A stretch of DNA of 64,000 bases, from the IMG/VR virus record IMGVR_UViG_3300045988_078724, positions 31,033 to 95,032 of that record, one strand, 5' to 3'. How positions within the stretch are numbered: the stretch's first letter is position 1; each line of letters opens with the position of its first letter. Below, one piece after another: positions 18,764-29,161 of this stretch. The notes under the pieces are model-generated. The model was not told the origin of the DNA, made no database searches, and saw only the letters and a list, made by a program, of their open reading frames with translations. A program made the position numbers and the translations under genes. Origin of the DNA: a virus.

Positions 18764-19077
18764 TTACTAAACAAGATATACAAGCAGCAGCATCGTATAT
18801 TTTCCGAAGCAGTTTTGTCTCGGAGGACCAGGCAAGGAAAGCAATGGTAAAAGCCGGCAATAACGCTACCAAGATCCTCGTCAAGACCTTTAGAGGCAAG
18901 TTGTTCAAGAAAGCTTTTGAAAGAGCCCGTAGAGGAAAGGATATCAGTTCTTTTGAAAGACAGGAAAAAGAAAGTGGTTTCAATTTTCTACATAATCCTA
19001 ATAATGGTCGTATGCAAAGCGGTCATATTATAATAGATGGAATTGGTCTGTTTAAACAAATAATTCATGAAAGGTAA
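18760..19077 (+). CDS. hypothetical basic protein (105 aa)
   Basis: ORF overlapping previous stop. Confidence 0.45.
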   Translation: MITKQDIQAAASYIFRSSFVSEDQARKAMVKAGNNATKILVKTFRGKLFKKAFERARRGKDISSFERQEKESGFNFLHNPNNGRMQSGHIIIDGIGLFKQIIHER

Positions 19078-19240
19078 AAAAGTTGATATTCGTTTAGGCA
19101 GAGGTCTGGCGAATCAGATTAAGATAAACAAAACCATTCCAGTGTCTCATAAACCAAAAGAAGAACGTCGAATGATGTTTATTTGTGGTGATGATATTGC
19201 TTCTCTTATAAAGCGGTTTGAAAACGAATCAAAGTAATAT

Positions 19241-19278
19241 AAAGTCGGACATGTGTCTTGTCCGACTTTTTTTATATA
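19241..19278 (+). terminator. rho-independent terminator
   Basis: agtcggaca-tgtgtct-tgtccgact 9-bp stem followed by ttttttt. Confidence 0.65.
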
Positions 19279-19286
19279 TTTGTGGC

Positions 19287-19610
19287 ATGGCAAGAGGTTA
19301 TTATTGGATACCACAAACAGATGAAACGTTAAATGGCAGAAGCTATTACGTGGCTAAGATAGTAGGAGATATCACGTTTGATACTAAACGAAAAAGAATC
19401 GTATTTCAAGCTGATAGGTATTTCCCTGTAGGATCTGTTTTCCATTTTACGCACAATTGCTTCAATTATATCATAACTTGCCGACTTCGTAAGCCGGGGC
19501 TTTGGTTTGAAGCCAGGAGAGAGGATTCGGGCCCTATTTGCCCTGAAGATATTGAGCGCTTTGAATCGGGAAGGTTTATACACCGAGATGGGTACATGCA
19601 TTACATATAA
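19287..19610 (+). CDS. hypothetical protein (108 aa; listed ORF trimmed to ATG after terminator)
   Basis: Listed start 19218 would include the terminator hairpin; in-frame ATG at 19287 (MARGYYW...). Confidence 0.4.
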   Translation: MARGYYWIPQTDETLNGRSYYVAKIVGDITFDTKRKRIVFQADRYFPVGSVFHFTHNCFNYIITCRLRKPGLWFEARREDSGPICPEDIERFESGRFIHRDGYMHYI

Positions 19611-19694
19611 GCTGAACTTGACGATTTTTCGTCAGATTATAATTTTTTTTTTCATATTATTTTTAAGCCATCAGACTGAGAAGTTAGGTGGCTT

Positions 19695-19735
19695 TATTTT
19701 TTATGATATGCTTTATTTTTAACTACCTTTGTCTC
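19695..19735 (+). promoter_or_regulatory. Bacteroidetes-type promoter candidate for giant ORF 2
   Basis: TACCTTTG (TAnnTTTG -7 consensus) at 19724-19731, 24 nt upstream of ATG; -33 region TTTA rather than TTTG. Confidence 0.35.
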
Positions 19736-19754
19736 ATAACAAAAATGTTTTATC

Positions 19755-22700
19755 ATGGTATCAACGTGTATTATTAAAAGAGATAATAAAAAGAAAGTTG
19801 TTTCTGTCTCTACCAGATCAGGGGACAGGTCTATGTTGTTTGATAAGATAGCATCTATTCCTCTTATGGAGAACAGGGAACGGGCTACTACTGTTTTTAA
19901 AACCGTATTTTCTAATAAGTTCTTAAAGGATTTTGGCGACTGGAGAAAGAGAGTGCCTATCAACAAACCGGCTTATAATAAGGTTAAATCCAACATTGAT
20001 CTTATTCCGGAAGCTTATAGAGAAAGGGTACTGGATAAGGCTTCTAAGATGAGTAATCCTGTTCTTGTATCAAAATCAGATGCAACTTATGGGATTCAAG
20101 AATCAGGCTTCGGATTCTATAGCCAAGATCTGGGTGATAATATTATGTTGGTGGATGCTATGATCCCATCAAGTATTTCCGTACCGGAAGAACCAGGAAT
20201 AGACGCCGGGCAGTATTTACAAGATGCTATATCTTCGGACTTCACTCCCGTATCTGTGGTACAGGATAAGGGTGTTAATTATATGGTTATAAAAGACGGT
20301 CTTAAGATATTTAGCCCAGAAGAGCTACCAGAAACAGATTCTAATCCTGTGGGTGTAACGTATCAGACTGGAGAGCCTCGTTTGTTTTTCATGAACGATC
20401 GTAGTCAATTATTTGAAGATTACGGAGAAGCTCTTCGCTCTGGCGGGAATGATATTAGAATAGGATTCTTATCAGGAACCGTTCAAGAATCTACCGTGGA
20501 TGGCGTGGAAGACATTACTTACAAAGCTGGAAAGTATGTTCTTAATAATCCCAAGTCTTTTATACCGGTCATGACCGCTTCTGCTTCTACTTCTTTATCA
20601 ACAAAAGGCGGGATAATTAACTACCTTATAAAGAAAGGTCTTTTGTCAGGATCTAAGATATTCGATTCTGAAACAAGAAGCTATTATCTTACAGGAGAAG
20701 GTTATACAGGACAAATTAGACTTTTCAATTCAGCCTTATCATACACCGAGCTCCGTAATCATTTTGGTTCCGATGTTTCCATGAACGACCAAGGTATGAT
20801 AACCATAAGCTCGTTGGATAACAGTAAGGTAACTATGAGACTCGCCACCGGAGGAACGGAAAGGGTTAGCAAGGAACAGATAAAGAACGATCTTAAGTCA
20901 GGAAGATACAATGAATTGGACGCCAAGTACGATCATTTTGATGCGCTTGTAGTTTCATTCATATTAGAAGACAACGATCTTTATGCTGATACTAAAGCTA
21001 AGATCGTATCAGATTATAGCAGGCAGGAACGTGACCAACGAAATTCTATTGTCGAGATACTGAAAACTCTTGGCGTTAGCGTCATAGGTATGACCGACTA
21101 TATAGAGAAGTACCAAACCAAATACGGGCACGAACCTTCTGCTAAGGCATTGGCGGATATTGCTAATAACGTAATAGCAGTTGGTGAAGATGCTACTTTA
21201 TCTGATTTAGTAGAAGAAACAGCCCACTTCCTTGTAGAGGCATACAGAGATCAGAATGCTGTTGAGGCTGTTCTGCAAGATGTAGAAGGTACGGAAGAGT
21301 GGAACCAGTATGCAGGTCAGTATTATAATACATACGGTAAGGTATATGAAGGAGCTGAGCTTGATAATGCGGTTAGGAGAGAAATTCTTGGAAAGATCCT
21401 CGCCAGGGAGATGCAGACCGGCACAGCACAGGCGCCGGTAGAGCCCACCTCCTTCCTGGGGCGCGTCCGGCAGCTTCTCTCTGGAATCGTGAGCTGGCTT
21501 AAATCAGCTTTATCAACCCAAAGACAAGATTTGAATAACGTTATTAAAAACATTCGTGATCTTGCCATTACTGACATAGATAAAGGATTTGACACTTCTC
21601 TGTTAAAGGATAATGACTTTACATTATACTCCCTTTCTTCTATGAACAAGAACAAGTTTCTTGAGTCTAAGATCCTGGCATTAAGGAAAACATTAAGAGA
21701 CTTACGTCAGATAAGCTCTGATAGGGCTGTAACTACGTCTATGACCCTTGCGCAGCTTAAGACCATAGAAGATAAGATAAATAAAGTAGAGACCGAAATA
21801 GACAAGAATGAGATGGCGGCTGCCATGAACAGCATGATCTCTACAGCCGAAGCTCAGGTCAGATACTTAAGCAATGTGGTGAACACCATCCTTCATGGTG
21901 ATACCAAAGACGGTAAGCTTCACTTCAATACCAATGATCGAAAGAACGTAGATATTATCAACAATCAGGTTCTTCCGATCATGAACGATCTTCGAGGATA
22001 TATCCGTAACAGAAGTACCGAATTTGATGAACGTGAAAAGCAGGATTATACAAATAGGATCAATACCGTCATTGCCGACATCAATGGTATTCAGTCTGAT
22101 ATTAAATCAGTACAAGACCTTGATGAAAGTACGTTGCTTGATAAGTTAATGAACGAACTTCATGTGCCGGCAGATAAGGTAAAGAGAGTAAAAGAATTTT
22201 TCGACAAGGTTCAACACGATGTTTCTTGGATAAGTAGGTGGTTTGGTATATTAGAGCATTCTTCCAGTCCGTTCAATAACGCTCTTGGAGCTATGATTGC
22301 CAAAGACAATTACAATGCGATGGTGAATGCCCAGCCCGCCATATCCGACTTCCTGGCATATGCTAAAAAGCATGGTTTTAACAAATCTGAATTTGAAAAA
22401 CTGCTTCAGAAAGTAGACGGCAAAACTTCTAATTACCTTCGTAGTGCTCTTGATATGGCTAAATACGATCGTAATAAGAAGCTGGCGCAGATGCGAGCGT
22501 TTGCGACTGCCATGAACATAGAGATATCAGAAGAAGAAATTGGTGATGTGGTTGACAATAACCGTAATTACGTATTTAAAAGAGAAGTAGTTGACAAGGA
22601 TGGAAATACGGTTACTGAAAACGCTAAATTCAAACCATCGTCTGATAGGGTTAATACCGATATTTTTACCATCGAGCAGGAAAAGATCTATACGGAACAG

Positions 22701-25700
22701 ATGGAAAAGTGGGATGCTGAAAATTCGGAACTGGAATTTAGCGAAAGTTATGCCACAAGAATGGAATCCATATACAAAAAGGCTGAAGAAGAATTAGGGC
22801 ATCCGGTTTCTCAAACAACCAAAGAATACCTTAATGCCCTATCCAGGCAAAAACGGATATTGAGGCAGCCTTTTATTGATAGCGGTGGTAATTTTGATGA
22901 GGTTGCCTATTTTAAAAGCAGCAATTACGAAGAAGAAGGACTGCTTCGTAAACAACGTAAGGAAGCAGCTTCAGAATACATATATGTAGGAACCAGGAGA
23001 GTGGAAAAAACCGGCGACCAACTTAAGATGGCCAAAGAAATACAAGCCATAAATGAAGTTTGGAGAAAAGAATCAAATAATGCCACTAATGCCGTATCAG
23101 AATCGTTTTTGCAAAAATTAAGAACGATTCAGAGCGAGTCGGGAGGAGAAGCTGCGCTGAAGACACTTATGTTGGGGGGTCACCTGTCATTCAACGATCG
23201 GTTTTGGAATGACGTAGAATCGGAACAGTCGGCGCGTACCGAATCAAATAACAAGGCTTCGTATCTTAAAATGGCGCATGATATCATTAGTTCTACGACA
23301 AGTGATAGAGATGCGACTGACGTGGACTCGATTGTAAAAGATATAGAAAAAAATAAGGCCATTATCAAGGAAATAATCGGAAACAATCGCGATGTGGCTG
23401 ATATCGGAGAAATTAACGAAGCGACATTTACCTTATCTGAAAGAGATGCTTTTAGGGCCGCATCTGAAGCTATTGAAGCCGATTACGCTATCTTAATAGA
23501 TTATGCTAAGATGGTGGGTCTTGAAGATATTGATAAGTACCTTACTAAAAGCAGTAAGGCTGAAAACGAAGTAAATCAGTCTTATTTAAATGCTCTTGCT
23601 GACTCCAAGGAAGTGGAATGGAAGTTCGTACAACGTCATACTACGGCGAAGAAAGCAAAAAGGATTCAGGCTTTAAGGGATAAGCTGTTTAAGGCTGCTG
23701 ATAACCGATATCTGTTTACCGTATCTGAAACCAACTACCTGTCAGAAAAGCTTGGTATAAGCAAAGAATTAGACGGTAGAGATTTTAGGAATGCTGTTAA
23801 TGCTAAGATGGCCAGCTTATTTTTAAATAATACAAGGGAAGAGGGCATAGAAGAGGCCAATGCTATTGTTAATGAATTTGCCAGGAGCCAGGTTTTTTCG
23901 TACTATAAACGCATGACTCCTACCGGATATGCGGCTATGATCGACAAAATCGGTCGAGGTGAGATAGATGTGGCGCAGATGGTTAAGGACGTACAAAACG
24001 GTACATCCACCCAAGATTATGGCATGGACATATCGTACCTGTCTTTCGATCCTGCAAGGGCATGGGTGGCTGAATCTGAAGCCGAAAATAGCGGCCGTAA
24101 TCCTGATTTTGTAAAAGATCATGGGTATGGTCATCGAATGCCTAAGAAAAGCCTGTATCGTGATGAATCGTATTTCAATGACTTTGGTATCAAGTATGAT
24201 GCTGGCGGTAATGAAGTTGCTACTAAAAACGTAGAGCAGTGGAATATGATTCAAAAACTCAAGGAAATAAAAAGACAATCCCTTGATCTATACAAAGAGC
24301 AGAGTCCGAACCTGTATGCTATTCCACAGATATCCAAACAAGACATAGAACGTGTAGAAGGATTGGGTATTAACTTCAAAAATACAGTTCGTAATTTTGT
24401 ATCAGATTTGTGCCTGGACAGAGTAGACGATTCTTTATACGGTAAAACCAGGCAAGGAGAAGTGTATGATCCGGAAGACAGACTTAGGTCTATACCTAAA
24501 TACTACATATATGAATTGGAGAACCAAGATGATGTATCTCACGATTTTGGCTACTCTTATTCGATGCTTATGATGCAGTCATCGTTATACAACGAAAAGC
24601 AGAAGTCTATAGAGCTTGCCCAAGGACTGGAACAGATGTTACTGAACAAGCAATTTGAAGGCGGTAAGAAGGCTGAAGCAACCCAAGCATATCAGATGTT
24701 CAGGGACTTCTTCAACGATCATTATTATGGCATTAGGATGAACACCAAAAAACTTACAGTGAACATCGGAGGATATACGGTAGACCTTACAAGAATTATG
24801 ATGGCTGTTGAAAGGTTTATGTCGGTCATGAACCTGGCACTGTCTCCGTTTGTGGCAGCTACCGGCGCCTTAACAGGTCATATCAACCTCATCATGGAAT
24901 CTGCCGTAGGACAGTATATAAGCAAAGACTCCCTTAAATACGCATCGGCTGAGTTTTCACGCCTTGCGCCATCTTGTATAGCAGAAACCGGAGACATAGA
25001 TAGGAAAAGCAAATTATATGTCATAGGTGAGAGAATGGGGATATTCAATATCCGAAATCGTATGTATGGTGCCGGATACAATAGAGCGGCCAGGACCTTA
25101 ATGCGTTCACCTATGTATGCTTTTATGGAAATCCTGAACTACCCTCTTGATCCGCAGGTTATGATTGCTACTATGGACAATGTTCGTTATTACAAAGGCC
25201 GGTTCTACACGTTCCAAGATTTCAAGATGGAAAAAGAACGCAATAAAGAACAGAGTACCATAAAAAGAGAATGGAACGCATTAAAAGATCGTACTTTATG
25301 GAGTATGGTAGATGTCGTGGATGGGAAGGTGGTTGTAAAGCCCGGATCGGGTGTTACTGTTGAGGAAGTTGAAACCCAGATGGCTATAACCAGGAATCAA
25401 GTCCGTAGCTTGTCGCAGATATGTAACGGATCTTTGAATGAAGAAAACCGAACTGCCGCATCGCGCAACTGGATAGCCAGGTTCATGACCGCCCACCGAG
25501 GATGGTTGGTGCTGGCGGCTCAACGTCTGTGGAAAAGACGTGGCTTCAATTTCCAGACAATGCAAGAAGAGGAAGGACTGTCAATTACGTTAAAGAATAT
25601 GATAGCCAAAACATTTAGCCTGGCTTCCGAGTCTGGTATGAAAAACATCATAGATGCCTGGAACGAAAATAAAGACAATATGAATGAGGTAGAGAAAACC

Positions 25701-26177
25701 AATCTCAAACGCCTCAGTGTCTATGCCGGCACGTTCCTTATCATGCAAGCCGTATCTATGCTTCTTGCCGGATGGCGTGATGATGATGAAAACGAAGAAA
25801 GCTGGCTTACTCAATTTGGATCCTATGTCGGATTCAGAACCATAAACGAAATAGCTTCACAGATGCCGTTTATTATGGAGCTTAACGTTGTAGATATCAT
25901 TAACGACCCGTTTGTTATGGGAAGGAAGCTGAAGGATCTTACCGATCTTAGGAATTATTCACTTGATAAAGTAACATCCGGCACATACAAAGGAGAGTCT
26001 AAGCTATTTAGGCAACTCGCCAAACAGACGTTTATCAAACAATGGTATAATATCAAGACGCCGGAAGACATAGCGCGCGCCTATAATTGGTGGCAGCAGA
26101 CGAACAACAAGTCAATGATGTTCTTCATTGGCGCCACTCCTGATTCGGAAGGAGACGATGATGTTAGTTACAAATAG
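19755..26177 (+). CDS. giant protein (2140 aa), likely virion/ejected or tail-associated; no catalytic motif recognised
   Basis: 6.4-kb uninterrupted ORF; searched for DxDGD-type RNAP motifs, none seen. Confidence 0.75.
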   Translation: MVSTCIIKRDNKKKVVSVSTRSGDRSMLFDKIASIPLMENRERATTVFKTVFSNKFLKDFGDWRKRVPINKPAYNKVKSNIDLIPEAYRERVLDKASKMSNPVLVSKSDATYGIQESGFGFYSQDLGDNIMLVDAMIPSSISVPEEPGIDAGQYLQDAISSDFTPVSVVQDKGVNYMVIKDGLKIFSPEELPETDSNPVGVTYQTGEPRLFFMNDRSQLFEDYGEALRSGGNDIRIGFLSGTVQESTVDGVEDITYKAGKYVLNNPKSFIPVMTASASTSLSTKGGIINYLIKKGLLSGSKIFDSETRSYYLTGEGYTGQIRLFNSALSYTELRNHFGSDVSMNDQGMITISSLDNSKVTMRLATGGTERVSKEQIKNDLKSGRYNELDAKYDHFDALVVSFILEDNDLYADTKAKIVSDYSRQERDQRNSIVEILKTLGVSVIGMTDYIEKYQTKYGHEPSAKALADIANNVIAVGEDATLSDLVEETAHFLVEAYRDQNAVEAVLQDVEGTEEWNQYAGQYYNTYGKVYEGAELDNAVRREILGKILAREMQTGTAQAPVEPTSFLGRVRQLLSGIVSWLKSALSTQRQDLNNVIKNIRDLAITDIDKGFDTSLLKDNDFTLYSLSSMNKNKFLESKILALRKTLRDLRQISSDRAVTTSMTLAQLKTIEDKINKVETEIDKNEMAAAMNSMISTAEAQVRYLSNVVNTILHGDTKDGKLHFNTNDRKNVDIINNQVLPIMNDLRGYIRNRSTEFDEREKQDYTNRINTVIADINGIQSDIKSVQDLDESTLLDKLMNELHVPADKVKRVKEFFDKVQHDVSWISRWFGILEHSSSPFNNALGAMIAKDNYNAMVNAQPAISDFLAYAKKHGFNKSEFEKLLQKVDGKTSNYLRSALDMAKYDRNKKLAQMRAFATAMNIEISEEEIGDVVDNNRNYVFKREVVDKDGNTVTENAKFKPSSDRVNTDIFTIEQEKIYTEQMEKWDAENSELEFSESYATRMESIYKKAEEELGHPVSQTTKEYLNALSRQKRILRQPFIDSGGNFDEVAYFKSSNYEEEGLLRKQRKEAASEYIYVGTRRVEKTGDQLKMAKEIQAINEVWRKESNNATNAVSESFLQKLRTIQSESGGEAALKTLMLGGHLSFNDRFWNDVESEQSARTESNNKASYLKMAHDIISSTTSDRDATDVDSIVKDIEKNKAIIKEIIGNNRDVADIGEINEATFTLSERDAFRAASEAIEADYAILIDYAKMVGLEDIDKYLTKSSKAENEVNQSYLNALADSKEVEWKFVQRHTTAKKAKRIQALRDKLFKAADNRYLFTVSETNYLSEKLGISKELDGRDFRNAVNAKMASLFLNNTREEGIEEANAIVNEFARSQVFSYYKRMTPTGYAAMIDKIGRGEIDVAQMVKDVQNGTSTQDYGMDISYLSFDPARAWVAESEAENSGRNPDFVKDHGYGHRMPKKSLYRDESYFNDFGIKYDAGGNEVATKNVEQWNMIQKLKEIKRQSLDLYKEQSPNLYAIPQISKQDIERVEGLGINFKNTVRNFVSDLCLDRVDDSLYGKTRQGEVYDPEDRLRSIPKYYIYELENQDDVSHDFGYSYSMLMMQSSLYNEKQKSIELAQGLEQMLLNKQFEGGKKAEATQAYQMFRDFFNDHYYGIRMNTKKLTVNIGGYTVDLTRIMMAVERFMSVMNLALSPFVAATGALTGHINLIMESAVGQYISKDSLKYASAEFSRLAPSCIAETGDIDRKSKLYVIGERMGIFNIRNRMYGAGYNRAARTLMRSPMYAFMEILNYPLDPQVMIATMDNVRYYKGRFYTFQDFKMEKERNKEQSTIKREWNALKDRTLWSMVDVVDGKVVVKPGSGVTVEEVETQMAITRNQVRSLSQICNGSLNEENRTAASRNWIARFMTAHRGWLVLAAQRLWKRRGFNFQTMQEEEGLSITLKNMIAKTFSLASESGMKNIIDAWNENKDNMNEVEKTNLKRLSVYAGTFLIMQAVSMLLAGWRDDDENEESWLTQFGSYVGFRTINEIASQMPFIMELNVVDIINDPFVMGRKLKDLTDLRNYSLDKVTSGTYKGESKLFRQLAKQTFIKQWYNIKTPEDIARAYNWWQQTNNKSMMFFIGATPDSEGDDDVSYK

Positions 26178-26305
26178 ACGAAGAATATCGGACTTGAATT
26201 GTTTTTGTATGATTCCAATATGTTATATTAGCATCGTCAAAGAGTAGATTGTACGTTTTTTGTTCTTACTTGAAAGATTATGTAGGTTAAATTTTTTCTG
26301 AAATT

Positions 26306-26352
26306 GTTTTCTTACCGGTTCTCAGTCAGAGATGATAGGGAACCGGTTTCTT
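26306..26352 (+). terminator. terminator candidate
   Basis: accggttc-tcagtcagagatgatagg-gaaccggt 8-bp stem followed by ttcttttgtt. Confidence 0.35.
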
Positions 26353-26444
26353 TTGTTATGAAAAAAAATAGTATCTTGCAAAAAAAAAATGAGAAGAAGA
26401 TATCAAAATAATGCTAAACTATATGAGTATAAGATAGTTAGCAA

Positions 26445-27125
26445 TTGTATAGGGGGGGGGTAATCGTAGAAGGAAAGAAAGTAGGCACCATTCCACAGGG
26501 CGGGCAATTTATCTTTCTGTCTAAAAAAGAACGGCTGGATTCCATAAGTGTCCAAGGCGGTGTTCCAATGGAAGATAGGCAAGAGATCGATAGTCAGGTT
26601 GATACGACAGAGGAATTGCTTGAACAGGATTCGGTGGTTCTTGCTATTGCTTTAACAACCTCTCCTTATTATGGATTTAGAGTAAGTGTGATAGCACCTG
26701 ATGAGTTTACGCTAAGAACAACCAATAGGATTAATAGAACCTTTTTAATAACAAGCTTTACTCCACCTGCTGCTATATACGGTGTAAACTTTGGTGATCC
26801 TATTGTCCTTAATTATGATAGTTACCAATATGAGATGCCAGATCTTGTAATTGATGGACCTCATGATAGAATAGTTAGGGCAGATCCTAATCTTACTTGG
26901 GTTGTAAGATGTACAGACGCCGACTTTAAACCTTTGCCATATCCAGAATCATGGTCTGGCCAAGGTTTAAATTCTATGTTCTTATCAGATATGAAACGTC
27001 TTGCTCCTGGTGATCATCATGTATCATATACAGCTTATATTAATTTGGACTTGATAAATGATGGCGGAAGTAAAGTTCATACTGAATATCTGATATTAGA
27101 AAAAACACTTAATTTTACGATATGA
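26445..27125 (+). CDS. hypothetical protein (226 aa), candidate phase-variable (G9 tract at 5' end; +1 G fuses it to upstream ATG 26389)
   Basis: Listed with TTG start; with G10 the ATG at 26389 (MRRRYQNNAKLYEYKIVSNCIGGG) reads through into this frame. Confidence 0.5.
   Translation: MYRGGVIVEGKKVGTIPQGGQFIFLSKKERLDSISVQGGVPMEDRQEIDSQVDTTEELLEQDSVVLAIALTTSPYYGFRVSVIAPDEFTLRTTNRINRTFLITSFTPPAAIYGVNFGDPIVLNYDSYQYEMPDLVIDGPHDRIVRADPNLTWVVRCTDADFKPLPYPESWSGQGLNSMFLSDMKRLAPGDHHVSYTAYINLDLINDGGSKVHTEYLILEKTLNFTI
26452..26460 (+). repeat. G9 homopolymeric tract (candidate slipped-strand phase-variation site)
   Basis: aggggggggg in a genome otherwise poor in G runs; sits at junction of a 24-codon ATG-initiated leader ORF and the TTG-initiated 226-aa ORF. 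Confidence 0.7.
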
Positions 27126-27126
27126 C

Positions 27127-27171
27127 AACAATCCCCAACCGTACGCCTATTGTATGGTTGGGGATTGTTGT
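27127..27171. terminator. bidirectional terminator hairpin between convergent gene blocks
   Basis: caacaatccccaacc-gtacgcctattgtat-ggttggggattgttg, 15-bp perfect inverted repeat between + ORF end 27125 and - ORF end 27215. Confidence 0.55.
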
Positions 27172-27214
27172 AGTTACCATCTTTTCTTGTATAAGCAGAA
27201 CATGAAATAAGTTT

Positions 27215-27703
27215 CTAAGCATTAACTTCATGACCTCCCCTATCTGTGAAAACTAAACCAATACCTTCTATGATATGTCCTACTACAGGAGCTTTGTCAA
27301 ATTCCTCCTTCGTAGCCCAAGTAGCATTATCAGGCATAAGATCCTTGAATGCGTCCGAAACATCACCTTGACACCAGCAGTTATTTGATGTAACAATGCC
27401 TTTCCCTTCGATATTGATATACATTTTTCTTCCACCACATCCAAGGCTGTTCCATCCGCTCGGTACGTTTTCCACCATAGGCTTAAGCACCCAGCTTACA
27501 CCGTCTATCCTAACCCATCCAGGATCGTCTTTGTGCTTGTCGTACAAGTTTTGCCAAAAAGAGCATTCGTAGCACCATCCCCTGTCTTCCATGACAGTTC
27601 TTATCTCACTCCTTTCAAATCCATCTGCATCCATCGTGTGCGGAGAATGAGGCTGGTGAGGGGTGCCACATTTTGGACATATGAGTTTTAAATTCTTTTC
27701 CAT
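27215..27703 (-). CDS. Cys/His-rich hypothetical protein (162 aa)
   Basis: CPKCGTPHQPHSPH zinc-ribbon-like N-terminus. Confidence 0.5.
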   Translation of the reverse strand: MEKNLKLICPKCGTPHQPHSPHTMDADGFERSEIRTVMEDRGWCYECSFWQNLYDKHKDDPGWVRIDGVSWVLKPMVENVPSGWNSLGCGGRKMYINIEGKGIVTSNNCWCQGDVSDAFKDLMPDNATWATKEEFDKAPVVGHIIEGIGLVFTDRGGHEVNA

Positions 27704-27704
27704 A

Positions 27705-27941
27705 TTATTTAACTTTTACGATCTTAATAGAATCTCCGATATTGTATTCCCCTTGGTATCCAACGAATTTTATAAGCCTATTATTATAAAATATTGAAAT
27801 TCTTTCGTCTTCACCATAATACATTATACATCCATCTTCTAAAGGAAGTAGATCATATATAACCCATCCGTTATTAACCTGACTATCATCATGCGAACAT
27901 GATGATAACACAAGTGCCATCAATAAAATAAAATACCTCAT
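27705..27941 (-). CDS. putative lipoprotein (78 aa)
   Basis: MRYFILLMALVLSSCSHDD: signal peptide with lipobox LSSC. Confidence 0.55.
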   Translation of the reverse strand: MRYFILLMALVLSSCSHDDSQVNNGWVIYDLLPLEDGCIMYYGEDERISIFYNNRLIKFVGYQGEYNIGDSIKIVKVK

Positions 27942-27948
27942 ATTATTT

Positions 27949-28140
27949 TCAACATAAAAATTTATAACCTGTTTTTACAGCTTCCGCTTCTTCTCTCGTA
28001 TCAAACATTAAGGTAGTGACAGCTCCTATTCCTTCACAAACGTAAGACACTTTCACCCACCACCTAAAAACCCCAGAGCCATAATCGTCATAGTACGGCT
28101 CAGAAAGAACTTCTTCTACATACCCATCCAAATAATTCAC
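27949..28140 (-). CDS. hypothetical small protein (63 aa)
   Basis: ORF. Confidence 0.35.
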   Translation of the reverse strand: MNYLDGYVEEVLSEPYYDDYGSGVFRWWVKVSYVCEGIGAVTTLMFDTREEAEAVKTGYKFLC

Positions 28141-28850
28141 GATTGCTCCTCCTTATTTTTAGATTCTGCCTCTTCGAGTATGTTGATCACCTTATCGACA
28201 ATATCCGAATCAGACATTTTCTCAATAAAAACATCCATTGCCTTAGTTATGTCATTGGCTTCTTTTTCTTCAAGAGCTATTTCTCCACCGGTAATAGCAT
28301 CAGATAATGATGTAGATAAGTGTCTTATCTTATCAATGCTCATAAACGTAAATGGATTACCACCCCATCCACCACCCATTTCTTTCATGATCTGATATCC
28401 ACCTGAAATAAGTCTGCCTGATGTCGTGGCCAAGGAGGATACGATTAGGGACAGTACCGCCACCTCCGTCCGCTCCTCGGATACACCCCTCGACCACACG
28501 GCTGCCCTTATAGCGCCGGCCAGGTCGTCTATGTATGGCATGAGGTAATCTTCCATCGCTTGTGTTATATCAGCTATAACCTCACTATGCTCTTTATTTA
28601 TGTAGTAGATAGAAGCATTGTACCTCTTTATCTCTTTGTCCATGTCATTTAAAAGACGCTTGATATTGTGCTTATACATAGGACTGGTTTTAATTACCTC
28701 CTTTAGCTTAAGAATGTAATTATAAGCCTGGTCGTTTACGAACAACGTCATGGTCTCAACCGTTGAATGAAGCGTGTTAAGACTGTTAAGAATCTTATCG
28801 AAATTGTTTATCAAATAAGCTTTTCTGGCTTTTGCTGCGTAATTTATCAT
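28137..28850 (-). CDS. hypothetical protein (237 aa)
   Basis: ORF with start overlapping next gene stop. Confidence 0.5.
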   Translation of the reverse strand: MINYAAKARKAYLINNFDKILNSLNTLHSTVETMTLFVNDQAYNYILKLKEVIKTSPMYKHNIKRLLNDMDKEIKRYNASIYYINKEHSEVIADITQAMEDYLMPYIDDLAGAIRAAVWSRGVSEERTEVAVLSLIVSSLATTSGRLISGGYQIMKEMGGGWGGNPFTFMSIDKIRHLSTSLSDAITGGEIALEEKEANDITKAMDVFIEKMSDSDIVDKVINILEEAESKNKEEQS

Positions 28851-28852
28851 GA

Positions 28853-29161
28853 TTATTCTACTTTTTTTATCTCACTTAAATCGCCTTCATACACCAAATA
28901 AGATCCTCTTCCAGGTCTTCCTTCTTTATTAACTTCCTGGATTGTAAATATAACTGTTCCAGTATTCATGATTTGAACGCTCTTGAAGAAACCAACAAGA
29001 GGCTCTTTCGAACGTTTGTAAATAACGCTCACTTTATCTCCCTTCTTCAATCCATAAACAGAATCGAAATACTCTTTTTTAATTCTTTCAATATTACTTC
29101 TATGTTTGTTCATTGCATCAAGCTCTGTGTCTAACAGTTGAATCATTTGTTCTTTTGTCAT
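28853..29161 (-). CDS. hypothetical protein (102 aa)
   Basis: ORF. Confidence 0.45.
   Translation of the reverse strand: MTKEQMIQLLDTELDAMNKHRSNIERIKKEYFDSVYGLKKGDKVSVIYKRSKEPLVGFFKSVQIMNTGTVIFTIQEVNKEGRPGRGSYLVYEGDLSEIKKVE

Noticed and set aside
19755-26177. crAss-like virion RNA polymerase assignment for the 2140-aa protein
   Set aside because: Looked for paired DxDGD/DFDGD double-psi beta-barrel catalytic motifs and found none by eye; left as giant protein of unknown function.
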